Of a DNA stretch of 38,285 nt, positions 1 through 8,227 are shown piece by piece. Position 1 is the stretch's first letter. Each line of letters starts with the position of its first letter. This DNA comes from a virus (Duplodnaviria > Heunggongvirae > Uroviricota > Caudoviricetes), in the IMG/VR virus record IMGVR_UViG_2645727978_000010; one strand, written 5' to 3'. The notes beneath the pieces were generated by a model that ran no database searches, was not told the DNA's origin, and saw only the letters and a program-made list of their open reading frames with translations. A program made the translations under genes and the position numbers.

Positions 1-30
1 GGCGGTGAGGCTACACCGCCATAGTAAATA

Positions 31-1083
31 TCAGGAGCCGATATATTCTGGTTTCATATCTGTCAGTGTCGTTTTATACGCCTCATATAATTCTCCCAGA
101 TGTGGTCGTGCAGCATTCAGCGTATTTTCCAGAGCAATAAATTTTTGTTCTGCTTCTGGATCACCTGATGAAGGCAGGTCATTTATCATCGTCTCAATAC
201 GGGCAATAGCATTGAGACGGTGATGACGCTGAACCACTTTTCCTTTAAGTTCTGTGTAGAGAGCGCCAAGAGTATTTTTATGATCTTCCACTTCCTGGCG
301 AAGTGATGTTGTTTCTCCGGTGCTTTGTGCCTGCTCAATACGTTCACGGAAAGCACTGATCCAGTTTTCCCCGGCATCCTGCTCAATAATTGTTGTTTCA
401 CGTTCCGCACGGCAGGCGGATGTATTTTTATGTTCCTGAACCGGATTAATGATTTTTTCCTGTGGTTCGTCCAGTTCGTCCCGGGTGTACACTCCAAGAA
501 TCACTTCAGGGCAATAAAGGCGCGCCCAGCGTTTCAGTGCCAGATAGGCAAGCTGCTGGCGAGGATCATCGGCCCATAACGTTGAGTTACGTGTTCTGGC
601 CTGCGCCAGAAGTAACTCCAGTACGCGTGGCTTGCTCTCTCCGCGTAGTGTTGCCTGGACGCGAACTCCGATCCCGTTTTCATCGGCCAGCTTCCAGCCA
701 GGTACACGATATTCTTTCCCCTTGTCGTTCTTCCTAATTTCAAATTTCCCGATAATTTTTTCCCACGGCCCGAACCAGTCATATTCAATACGCCCGGTTA
801 GCGGCCCACGAGTACTGATTACGGCATTAACCAGTTGCGCTTCATATCCGAGCACACCATTCACAACGAAAGTTTTCTGAGCTACTGCGTAAGGGTTCAT
901 TTGCCACTGCATCGCCTGCATGGTGATGGCCATGCAGTCTGATGGATTTCCCCGGAGGTGTTCCGGTACAGTAGCCATGCCGGAAGCCATTACCTGGGAA
1001 AATGTCTGAATTGCAGCCAGGGACTGAGGGCTGAAAACCGCAACATTAGAGTTAATATTTTCTTGTTGAGTTAATTCGTTCAT
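31..1083 (-). CDS. recT: RecT/Redbeta-family single-strand annealing recombinase (350 aa)
   Basis: Track ORF; GAGGAAGGA RBS just upstream of ATG (rev-comp of 1084-1100); directly downstream of and co-oriented with recE-like gene; sequence recalls RecT/Bet-type SSAPs; C-terminal ~120 aa is extra relative to the 269-aa K-12 RecT as I recall it. Confidence 0.75.
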   Translation of the reverse strand: MNELTQQENINSNVAVFSPQSLAAIQTFSQVMASGMATVPEHLRGNPSDCMAITMQAMQWQMNPYAVAQKTFVVNGVLGYEAQLVNAVISTRGPLTGRIEYDWFGPWEKIIGKFEIRKNDKGKEYRVPGWKLADENGIGVRVQATLRGESKPRVLELLLAQARTRNSTLWADDPRQQLAYLALKRWARLYCPEVILGVYTRDELDEPQEKIINPVQEHKNTSACRAERETTIIEQDAGENWISAFRERIEQAQSTGETTSLRQEVEDHKNTLGALYTELKGKVVQRHHRLNAIARIETMINDLPSSGDPEAEQKFIALENTLNAARPHLGELYEAYKTTLTDMKPEYIGS

Positions 1084-1094
1084 TGTGTCCTTCC

Positions 1095-4000
1095 TCAGAT
1101 GCTCAGTGCTTCAAGACGACGAAGATCAAAGTCGTTTAATTCGTCGGTATAACTTTCGGTAATCGGTGCTGGCCAGTTGTTTGTCTCCAGAGCTTCGTTT
1201 ATCTGTCGTAGCGTCCGGCGATATTCCTGTCGACCAAGTTCCAGGAGTTCCTGCGAGGCTTCCACGACGGCCACCCAGTGATAGCCAGCATCTTTGTTGA
1301 CGAAGATCCAGAAAAATTTGTCCAGGTTTGCCACATCGCAATACATTGCTGCGCTGAGGTGATAATCACGCTCAATAATTTCACGGTGCAGGCGATCTTT
1401 CAGTCGTTCCTGTCGCACATAACCGAGGCTGACTGACTTCACGTCGGCGCAAATGCTTTCGTATGGCAGCCGGATTTCGATATCAGGACGGACCCTGATT
1501 TCCAGCCCGGTTTCTTCATCAAACCCGAAATAGCTGATTTCAGATTTGCGATCCGGGTGGTTGAGTAGCCTTGCTGCATCAGTATTGTTTTGCAGTGCTG
1601 CGTGAATATTTTTTGCCTGTTCATACATATCCGGACTGATAAACGTTTTCCCGGCGTTTTCTTCTTGCTGGCATTTTTGCCAGTCCTCCAGTGTCACCAG
1701 TTCCGGGCGAATTTTCCGGGCGATTTCGGTTAATTGCTCTTTTGTGCCACTGATGTTGTAAGGCAAAGATTTAGCACGTTCTTTTTTTGCCAGTTCTGGA
1801 TCTACAGTTTCAATTTGCTCCAGGAGCTGCTCCCGTGTTCCACTGGCTTTCAGCAGAGGAGGGAGGCTTGCGTTGTATTCTTTAATACAGGCTTTCATTG
1901 CTGATGCTGTGTGTTTTTCCCCCTCAGGAATACGCCGGAATTCCTCCGGAAGCGAACCGTAAAGGATGCCTGTTTCTTCGGCCCCGGCACTTACCGACAG
2001 TGGCTGTATAAGAGTGCTGTTGTAGCTTTCGATCCACTCTTTCATCTGCTCTGGTGTCATCAGTGCTGGCAGACTGGCATTGTGTTTTTTAATGATGGCG
2101 ATCAGTTCGTTAGAAGTAGTAACCACATATTCAGGAACCGGTACCGGAATGGCATACTCATCAGCGAATTTATCCGTTTCCAGAACATAGCTGTGAATAA
2201 TCCGCCCACGCAGCAATGCATCACTTTCCTCGCCCAGAATAGTTCCGGCAATGTGCCGTCCGTGGTAATACATCAGGCTGATGCGGGCATCCTTCAGCAT
2301 TGTGCTGCTTATTCCGTTGGCGGAGTGATAAACCTCGTTCGGGAGGTTTTCATAGCGGCCAGGCTCGAAATATGACGGCCACATGATTTCAGTTACTACA
2401 GGTGCTGTCGCTTCACCAGCTTCATCACTGCAATCGCAATGCGGATTGCTGCCAGCGTTCTCCTTGTGCGGATGTTCAGCACCTTCCATTTCCTCCGGAT
2501 CATTTTCCTGAACTTCAACCTGATTCTCTTCATCGAATGTTTCCTGGTATGTTGCGTCGCCCATCACCGCGCCACAATCAGGGCAGTTGCCGCCACCGCT
2601 CTGACCGCAGGCGGTGAAGACTTTTTCCGGTTCCTGTTGCGCTACTGGTTCGGATTGTTTCGTTTCTGGCTCGTTTTGTAACGCATTTGGGCTGTTTTGT
2701 TCCGCTTTTTGGTCGTTCCGTTCCGATTCATGCTGGTTCTGGTTCACAGAATCGCGAGTCTGGATCCCCTTGACCCATTTCGGATCATTAGGGTCGCTAA
2801 TCCCCTCAACAAATTCACCACGCGATACAGCAAGTAACTTATCGGCGTCAGGCTGGCTGATATTGGCTGCCTGCATAATTTTGTTTACTTCGTCAGCGGT
2901 GACTTTTACTTGGTTAGCGGAACTCACCTGCGACTGAGCATCCAGCGACTGCGCGTTCTGGCCATGTTCAGTTGTATCCGGTTCCATTGTTTCAGTTGTT
3001 GCCTGTTCACCTGCCATTGCGTCAGATGGTTGTGGTTTTTCTTCTTCTGTTTCACGCTCAGTAACCACCTCGCGGTTAATTTCTTCCAGGATATCTTTTT
3101 CCGGCGTATGCCGGGCAGCTGTGAGAGTTTCCTTGCTGGGGTTCTCGTGATCAGTTTCCGTCAAATAGGCGTTGATATACCCCTGAAGGCGTCCCGGGTA
3201 GTGATAAAATTCAGGGTGTGCGCTTCGGATAAGTGCAAAAATAGCGGCGCGGGAATAGTCCAGAATACCCGGGGTTGCACGAAGTGCTGCGGACCATTCT
3301 TTGAACGGACTTTCTTTGTTCAGGACTACTTCTTTTGCGCGACGATAAACGCTGCCCGGAATTTCATAAATATTAAAATCCATCGGAAGTGTGGCTGCTG
3401 CAATCTCCACATCCAGTGTGTCGAGGGTGTGTACTAAATTCGGATTGCGATCGGTTTTGTTCCCACCGCCAGCATTAGCACCGGAAGCCGTGCGGGTGAT
3501 GCGTGAAACACGATTTCCTTTCATCCACTCTTTTGTCAGCAGACCCCGATCAGTGTAGTCAGCGTCCAGGTATGCTTCGAAAAAAGCAGTTATTAGTCCC
3601 AGGTCTGAATTACCAGGATTAGGGAAAACTTTGTCAGTGTCACGAACCAGTTTGTGGAGGTCGCGAATCTCCAGCGAGTCGAGCAGACTGGTTTTATGCG
3701 AAATAGCCAGGGCAGTAACAGCCGGTAGTTCTTCAGCCCGTGCAATGTGTAATGCCTGGAGTTCGTCGCGTGAAACGTGCGTTACTGGTTTTTCGCTGCC
3801 GTGTTGAGCAAGCCAGCGAATGGGCAGCTCCTGGCCAGAAATCGGAAGTAGCATATTCTCCTCAATCTCCGTCATGTCTTCGCCATTAACATTGGTGTTG
3901 TCAGTGCTGGCTGGTTTGCCCTGCGCAGAGGGGGAGGGCGCGATAAATACCATTGTGATGCCATCTTCCCCGCCTTTTTCGTAACGGTTGCAGAATTCCG

Positions 4001-4238
4001 TATCAAATACGCCTTCTGGCGGGAGGTCATCAACAATGGGCAAATTGACGCGAACAGGTTTTTTGAAGTCATCTTCATCGTAGCCAGCATCGTCAATTGC
4101 AACAGCACCACGGGAGATGGCAATGGATAATTTTTTCGCTTCAGCCCAGTAAAAACCGCCTTTAATACCGAGACGTTTTCTTACTTTGTCATTTTTTGCT
4201 TCGTAATACAGTGGGTAAACTTGTTTATCGGTGCTCAT
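1095..4238 (-). CDS. recE: Exodeoxyribonuclease VIII (RecE-like), 1047 aa
   Basis: Track ORF; GAGGT RBS; long stretches match my recollection of Rac RecE (e.g. NTNVNGEDMTEIEENMLLPISGQELPIRWLAQHGSEKPVTHVSRD, CGQSGGGNCPDCGAVMGDATYQETFDEE zinc-ribbon-like motif); the C-terminal nuclease region is present but diverges from K-12 RecE. Confidence 0.85.
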   Translation of the reverse strand: MSTDKQVYPLYYEAKNDKVRKRLGIKGGFYWAEAKKLSIAISRGAVAIDDAGYDEDDFKKPVRVNLPIVDDLPPEGVFDTEFCNRYEKGGEDGITMVFIAPSPSAQGKPASTDNTNVNGEDMTEIEENMLLPISGQELPIRWLAQHGSEKPVTHVSRDELQALHIARAEELPAVTALAISHKTSLLDSLEIRDLHKLVRDTDKVFPNPGNSDLGLITAFFEAYLDADYTDRGLLTKEWMKGNRVSRITRTASGANAGGGNKTDRNPNLVHTLDTLDVEIAAATLPMDFNIYEIPGSVYRRAKEVVLNKESPFKEWSAALRATPGILDYSRAAIFALIRSAHPEFYHYPGRLQGYINAYLTETDHENPSKETLTAARHTPEKDILEEINREVVTERETEEEKPQPSDAMAGEQATTETMEPDTTEHGQNAQSLDAQSQVSSANQVKVTADEVNKIMQAANISQPDADKLLAVSRGEFVEGISDPNDPKWVKGIQTRDSVNQNQHESERNDQKAEQNSPNALQNEPETKQSEPVAQQEPEKVFTACGQSGGGNCPDCGAVMGDATYQETFDEENQVEVQENDPEEMEGAEHPHKENAGSNPHCDCSDEAGEATAPVVTEIMWPSYFEPGRYENLPNEVYHSANGISSTMLKDARISLMYYHGRHIAGTILGEESDALLRGRIIHSYVLETDKFADEYAIPVPVPEYVVTTSNELIAIIKKHNASLPALMTPEQMKEWIESYNSTLIQPLSVSAGAEETGILYGSLPEEFRRIPEGEKHTASAMKACIKEYNASLPPLLKASGTREQLLEQIETVDPELAKKERAKSLPYNISGTKEQLTEIARKIRPELVTLEDWQKCQQEENAGKTFISPDMYEQAKNIHAALQNNTDAARLLNHPDRKSEISYFGFDEETGLEIRVRPDIEIRLPYESICADVKSVSLGYVRQERLKDRLHREIIERDYHLSAAMYCDVANLDKFFWIFVNKDAGYHWVAVVEASQELLELGRQEYRRTLRQINEALETNNWPAPITESYTDELNDFDLRRLEALSI

Positions 4239-4338
4239 TGTTTTTTAACCTCAACTCAGATTAAAATTCGTTTGTTCAGTGAATAATCTTGCCGGATACA
4301 CACTGTTCATAGCCTGCGCCATACGCAGGCTATTTCTT

Positions 4339-4614
4339 TCAGATTTCACCTTTTAATTTCATTGCAATCAGAGTTGCCAGAAATCCGGCTTTTTTTTCTG
4401 CGGGCAGATTCTTTCCGATATGCACCAGGCACATTTTTTTGACGCCTTCGTTAAGTGTTTTAACGTTGCCTGATGGACCGTCGATATCAACCACAGTGAA
4501 TGGGGTTTCTTTATTTTCTGTTTTAATCACGTAGCCAATACGCTTTCCTTCCAGATTAACCTCGTGAACAATGTCATCAGTAGTTACAACAGTGGCTTCA
4601 TAACTGGTAATCAT
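4339..4614 (-). CDS. racC: RacC-like small protein (91 aa)
   Basis: Start chosen at internal ATG (codon 17 of track ORF 4339..4662) because of AAGGAG RBS 6 nt upstream; position upstream of recE and 91-aa size match Rac racC. Confidence 0.6.
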   Translation of the reverse strand: MITSYEATVVTTDDIVHEVNLEGKRIGYVIKTENKETPFTVVDIDGPSGNVKTLNEGVKKMCLVHIGKNLPAEKKAGFLATLIAMKLKGEI

Positions 4615-4688
4615 GTTTTTCTCCTTAATTAAGGTTGAGCGAATCCCTGCCATTGCTGGCATAAATTCAGTTTCGAATAGTCAGTTAA

Positions 4689-4859
4689 TTAAAGTTCGTG
4701 TGCCATCTGGTCTTTTTCGGCACAACTTTCACTACAATATTTTTTCATTTCCGTCGTTGGTATAACTCCACGCATGAAATGAAGTGGTCTTGTAATGATT
4801 TTGCTTTCTTCAATTTCTTTATTGCAAAGGTGATAAGCACATTTTATTTTCTTAGTCAT
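4689..4859 (-). CDS. ydaE: YdaE-like Cys-rich (putative zinc-binding) protein, 56 aa
   Basis: Not in ORF track (below 60 aa); hand-translated [56 protein letters not shown]; four Cys in CxxHxC...CxxxC arrangement; start ATG overlaps kilR stop (TAATG); position between racC and kilR as in Rac. Confidence 0.55.
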   Translation of the reverse strand: MTKKIKCAYHLCNKEIEESKIITRPLHFMRGVIPTTEMKKYCSESCAEKDQMAHEL

Positions 4860-5080
4860 TACCATGACTCCGCCTTTACAGGTAAACCATCACGACCGAG
4901 GAAGACTTTAATCATGCAGTCAGAAATGCATGTTTTTGTAGTCAGGCTACGAATATAAAGTTTTCGCTTTTTAATATTGTTTGCCGAGGCGATATATGTC
5001 CGACCTTCATGAAGAACATAATCGCCAGGGGTCACACACTGACGTGGTATTTCATCAGTTCCGAAGTGATGAGCAATCAT
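4859..5080 (-). CDS. kilR: KilR-like cell-division inhibitor (73 aa)
   Basis: Track ORF 4859..5092 trimmed to second ATG, which has a GGAG RBS 7 nt upstream; 73-aa product [15 protein letters not shown]... matches my recollection of Rac KilR size and position. Confidence 0.65.
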   Translation of the reverse strand: MIAHHFGTDEIPRQCVTPGDYVLHEGRTYIASANNIKKRKLYIRSLTTKTCISDCMIKVFLGRDGLPVKAESW

Positions 5081-5413
5081 AATTATCTCCATTTTTACAA
5101 ATGAATTTTGTCGATGCGGTGCCTGGTGCCTCCAGGTGACGTTAACCAGTTAACAATTAACGCCGGATAATCCACCCATAACACTGATGCTTTTAACTGT
5201 GCCGCGTGCGCTTAGCCGCATTCACCGCATCACAAAATTCACTTTAAAAAGGGGCGACAGGGCAGCCACGGAGTAGAACTGATGCCGCCAAAGACTACAC
5301 ATAGCAATGTCGTTATTTACAACCGGAGGCGCACTCCCACCATTTAAATTTAACAGACAAGACCGACTCTTTATGAATACCGGAAATGCGCCTTCGTGTT
5401 GTGCGCCTGTCTT

Positions 5414-5441
5414 TTTACCACTTCAGGCTCGGTGGTATACT
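5414..5441 (+). promoter_or_regulatory. Candidate sigma70 promoter (TTTACC -16 bp- TGgTATACT) upstream of 64-aa ORF
   Basis: -35-like TTTACC 5414-5419, 16-bp spacer, extended -10 TGnTATACT ending 5441; read by eye only. Confidence 0.25.
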
Positions 5442-5475
5442 GGAGTTCTCACACAACCAGTAATAAGGTATTCCG

Positions 5476-5670
5476 ATGGATAATAAAGACAAAGCCTGGC
5501 TACTTGCTTTAGCTTTCAGCATCAGATCGCAGCGAGAAACAACTCATCAAGAATTTTTCTCGGAAATCGAGAATGCTGAGAATGAGTTTTTGTCACTACT
5601 CAATGAACGTGATGCTAAAAAAAGCGCCGATTCACTTAAGGCTTGGGCGAAACTAGGCTCTTCAAAATAA
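5476..5670 (+). CDS. Hypothetical small protein (64 aa)
   Basis: Track ORF with ATG start and weak RBS; occupies the slot where Rac carries sieB but is far shorter; 3' end overlaps the convergent 72-aa ORF. Confidence 0.3.
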   Translation: MDNKDKAWLLALAFSIRSQRETTHQEFFSEIENAENEFLSLLNERDAKKSADSLKAWAKLGSSK

Positions 5671-5854
5671 TTGCTTCTGTAGCGGCATGAACAACTGTTT
5701 TTGCCGCCTCTTCAACTTCCTTGTCTGGACGACCAGCCTTTACTTTTTCTGCAATGACATCCAGCACAGTTGGAAGAACCTTGCTAATAAGCATGGCTGC
5801 CACATCTTTGCTGCACAATTGACCGTTAATAACAACCAGATCTTCACCAACCAT
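5636..5854 (-). CDS. Hypothetical small protein (72 aa)
   Basis: Track ORF 5636..5911 trimmed to internal ATG with AAGGGG RBS (rev-comp of 5855-5868); lies between repressor gene and kilR on the early-left strand. Confidence 0.35.
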   Translation of the reverse strand: MVGEDLVVINGQLCSKDVAAMLISKVLPTVLDVIAEKVKAGRPDKEVEEAAKTVVHAATEAIILKSLVSPKP

Positions 5855-6098
5855 CTTTTTTCCCCTTAACGCCGGGTGGCGGAACGTTTTATCTACTGCG
5901 CTTTGTATCAATCAACAACTGCCGTCATGTTCGTATGCCTCAGGCTGGCTACTTAGCCCTGTTCAGTGGCTGGATAACTCGAGGTATTGTCCTGCCGTTC
6001 TCTGGTGGGGCGTTGTTTGGATATGCTTATTAAACACAATGCGTTTTCTTATGTCAACACGATATGTGTTTTGTGGTGAGTGTCATATGATGATGGTA

Positions 6099-6124
6099 CA
6101 AAAAAGCCCGCTGATAGCGGGCTG
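6099..6124 (-). terminator. Rho-independent terminator after repressor gene
   Basis: On minus strand: AGCCCGC-TATCA-GCGGGCT hairpin followed by TTTTTT (forward 6100-6105 is AAAAAA); 30 bp past the racR-like stop. Confidence 0.5.
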
Positions 6125-6153
6125 ATTGGCATATTACTGTGATAGCAAGATCA

Positions 6154-6573
6154 TTACTCCGGTGGGGGATTATCTTTAAGCCTGCCTCTCAAATATTTTT
6201 CTACATACTCATCGATTTCTTTTAGCCGGACTTCAAATAGCTCAATCATTCGTTGTTGTTCTGAGCCCGGTAGCTGGTTAAACAACTCAAGAAGTTTTCG
6301 TTGGGATTCATTTAACCACAATTCAGAAGATTCCTGTTCTCCAAATAGGAGCTCAGGAGGAGATATGCCAAGTGCCTTTCCCAATACGACAGCGTCATGC
6401 ACTCCAACATTTCTGCTGCCCGCCTCATAGTTACCTATACGCGATTGCGTCCATCCGCAGATTTCAGCAAGTTTTCCTTGAGATAAACCAAGCTTCTGCC
6501 TGCGCTCTTTAAGACGCATTGCAATTTTGTCATTGAGCCTACTAGCGGCAATTTTTTCGTTTTCTTTTTCCAT
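6154..6573 (-). CDS. Phage repressor, HTH XRE family (RacR/CI-like), 139 aa
   Basis: Track ORF; AAGGA RBS; clear helix-turn-helix LGLSQGKLAEICGWTQSRIGNYEAG; divergent from a Cro-like gene across an operator-containing intergenic region. Confidence 0.8.
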   Translation of the reverse strand: MEKENEKIAASRLNDKIAMRLKERRQKLGLSQGKLAEICGWTQSRIGNYEAGSRNVGVHDAVVLGKALGISPPELLFGEQESSELWLNESQRKLLELFNQLPGSEQQRMIELFEVRLKEIDEYVEKYLRGRLKDNPPPE

Positions 6574-6584
6574 TGCATCCTTGT

Positions 6585-6599
6585 ATCACGAATCGTGAT
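6585..6599. promoter_or_regulatory. Operator-like perfect palindrome ATCACGA-A-TCGTGAT
   Basis: Perfect 7-1-7 inverted repeat in repressor/cro intergenic region, overlapping the repressor gene RBS. Confidence 0.5.
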
Positions 6600-6620
6600 T
6601 TATATAAAACACAAAACAGC

Positions 6621-6651
6621 TTGACCATATAACACAAGGTGTGTTTAAAAT
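6621..6651 (+). promoter_or_regulatory. Candidate rightward early promoter (TTGACC ... TAAAAT) with embedded operator palindrome AACACA-AGG-TGTGTT (6631-6645)
   Basis: -35 TTGACC 6621-6626, -10-like TAAAAT 6646-6651 (19-bp spacer; alternative TTTAAA with 17 bp); palindrome between them; a further AACACA half-site at 6608-6613. Confidence 0.4.
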
Positions 6652-6669
6652 TGTCATCGGAGGTTTTCA

Positions 6670-6912
6670 ATGAACAAAATTTCAACATATCGAAAACAGC
6701 TTGGGCTGTCTCAAAGACAACTTGCTGTTCAGTTAGGGTGGATACAAAGCCGACTGGCAAATTACGAAGCAAATTTTCGTACCCCTGGACTAGAGGAGTG
6801 CAGAAAAATTGTTTCTACCCTTAATCGGCTTGGCACTCATTGTGGACTTGACGATGTATTCCCCCCAGACGGTAAGCATAGCGAAAACAGCATAGGAGCG
6901 GTTGATTCATGA
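6670..6912 (+). CDS. Cro-like HTH regulator (YdaS-like), 80 aa
   Basis: Track ORF; GGAGG RBS 6659-6663; HTH LGLSQRQLAVQLGWIQSRLANYE; first gene of rightward operon, divergent from repressor. Confidence 0.75.
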   Translation: MNKISTYRKQLGLSQRQLAVQLGWIQSRLANYEANFRTPGLEECRKIVSTLNRLGTHCGLDDVFPPDGKHSENSIGAVDS

Positions 6913-7331
6913 AAATCAGGCATGAGCACATCGAATCAGTGTTGTTAGCCCTGGCAGCCGAAAAAGGGCAGGCGTGGGTCGCTAACGCAATTACTGAAGA
7001 ATATCTGCGCCAGGGGGGCGGCGAATTGCCCCTTGTACCAGGCAAGGACTGGAACAATCAGCAGAATATCTATCACCGTTGGTTGAAAGGTGAAACGAAA
7101 GCGCAAAGGGAAAAAATTCAGAAACTGATCCCTGCGGTTCTGGCAATTCTTCCGCGCGAGCTGCGTCACCGACTCTGCATCTTCGATACCCTGGAACGCC
7201 GTGCATTACTGGCGGCGCAGGAAGCGTTGAGTACGGCAATTGATGCGCATGATGATGCAGTCCAGGCCGTTTACCGGAAAGCACATTTCAGCGGTGGTGG
7301 GTCGCCCGGCGATTCTGTCGTAGTGCATTGA
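6909..7331 (+). CDS. ydaT: YdaT-like protein (140 aa)
   Basis: Track ORF; ATGA overlap with upstream cro-like gene; 140-aa size and sequence recall Rac YdaT. Confidence 0.65.
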   Translation: MKIRHEHIESVLLALAAEKGQAWVANAITEEYLRQGGGELPLVPGKDWNNQQNIYHRWLKGETKAQREKIQKLIPAVLAILPRELRHRLCIFDTLERRALLAAQEALSTAIDAHDDAVQAVYRKAHFSGGGSPGDSVVVH

Positions 7332-7375
7332 TTGAAATTAATCGTGCCGGATTGTTTTGTTCGGTATCAGTTAAA

Positions 7376-7396
7376 TGTAACGCTGCGAGCGTTACA
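7376..7396. repeat. Iteron-like palindrome TGTAACGCT-GCG-AGCGTTACA (copy 1)
   Basis: Perfect 9-bp arms; 13 bp upstream of ydaU-like start codon. Confidence 0.6.
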
Positions 7397-7408
7397 AGGT
7401 GAAAACAA

Positions 7409-8221
7409 ATGGCTTCAAACTGGATAAAGCTCGAGGTTATTACGCCGGATAAGCCGGAAATATTCAGGCTTGCTGAGATTCTGAATATTGATCCAGATGC
7501 CGCATTAGGGAAGGTTATTCGCTTCTGGGCATGGGCGGATCAACAAATGATAGACGGTAATGCAGATTGTAACGCTCGCGGCGTTACAAAAAGTGCAATA
7601 GATCGCATCACTTTTATGGCTGGTTTTGCTGATGCGTTAATTCAGGTTGGATGGCTGGTCGAAAATGACGTTGGGCTTTCTCTACCTAACTTTGAACGTC
7701 ATAACGGAAAAAGCTCTAAAAAACGGGCGGTTACAAACGAGCGAGTTACAAAAATACGCGAACTGAAACGAAAAGGTAACGCTGCCAGCGTTACACAAAC
7801 GGATCAAAAAGCGTTACCAGAGGAAGAGGAAGAGGAAGAGGAAGAGGAAGAGGAAGAGGAAGATCTAAATACTGATCTCCCCCTAAATCCCCCTCGCCAA
7901 AAACGAGCGTCTAAAAAATTCGAGCCGGAGGCTATTGAGCTGCCTGATTGGTTGCCGGAAACACTCTGGCATGAGTGGGTCCGGTTCAGACAGGCATTGC
8001 GAAAACCGATTCGAACGGAGCAGGGCGCTAACGGGGCGATACGGGAACTGGAAAAATTCCGTCAGCAGGGTTTTACACCTGAGCAGGTGATTCGACACAG
8101 CATCGCCAATGAATACCAGGGCTTGTTCGCACCGAAAGGTGTTCGGCCTGAGACGTTGCTCCGACAGGTTAACACCGTCTCGTTGCCGGACAGTGCGATC
8201 CCGCCAGGCTTCAGGGGGTAA
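7409..8221 (+). CDS. YdaU-like phage replication protein (270 aa) with internal poly-Glu tract
   Basis: Track ORF; AAGGTG RBS; immediately upstream of DnaC-like loader (O/P-like arrangement); contains iteron-like palindromes and a 14-Glu run. Confidence 0.6.
   Translation: MASNWIKLEVITPDKPEIFRLAEILNIDPDAALGKVIRFWAWADQQMIDGNADCNARGVTKSAIDRITFMAGFADALIQVGWLVENDVGLSLPNFERHNGKSSKKRAVTNERVTKIRELKRKGNAASVTQTDQKALPEEEEEEEEEEEEEEDLNTDLPLNPPRQKRASKKFEPEAIELPDWLPETLWHEWVRFRQALRKPIRTEQGANGAIRELEKFRQQGFTPEQVIRHSIANEYQGLFAPKGVRPETLLRQVNTVSLPDSAIPPGFRG
7568..7588. repeat. Iteron-like palindrome TGTAACGC-TCGCG-GCGTTACA (copy 2, inside ydaU-like CDS)
   Basis: Perfect 8-bp arms sharing the GTAACGC core with copy 1. 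Confidence 0.6.
7730..7751. repeat. Direct repeat of GTTACAA half-sites (7730-7736 and 7745-7751)
   Basis: Two copies of GTTACAAA 15 bp apart, same core as the palindromes. Confidence 0.45.
7776..7794. repeat. Iteron-like palindrome GTAACGCTG-C-CAGCGTTAC (copy 3, inside ydaU-like CDS)
   Basis: Perfect 9-bp arms; an extra AGCGTTAC half-site follows at 7810-7817. Confidence 0.6.
7820..7861 (+). repeat. Hexanucleotide tandem repeat (GAGGAA)x7 encoding 14 consecutive Glu
   Basis: Seven perfect GAGGAA units, in frame within ydaU-like CDS. Confidence 0.9.
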
Positions 8222-8227
8222 CAGACC

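Noticed and set aside
186-880. Several 80-100-aa ORFs on both strands overlapping the recT-like gene
   Set aside because: Fully nested in or antisense to a strongly supported long CDS; no RBS or independent support
1911-3437. Plus-strand ORFs of 107-175 aa inside the recE region
   Set aside because: Antisense to the 1047-aa RecE-like CDS, Cys/Phe-rich low-complexity translations typical of spurious frames
6821-7284. Minus-strand ORFs antisense to ydaS/ydaT-like genes
   Set aside because: Overlap well-supported plus-strand genes; no start context
7816-7862. GAAGAG repeat as a possible CRISPR or intergenic satellite array
   Set aside because: Units are contiguous 6-mers with no spacers, and lie in frame inside a CDS encoding poly-Glu
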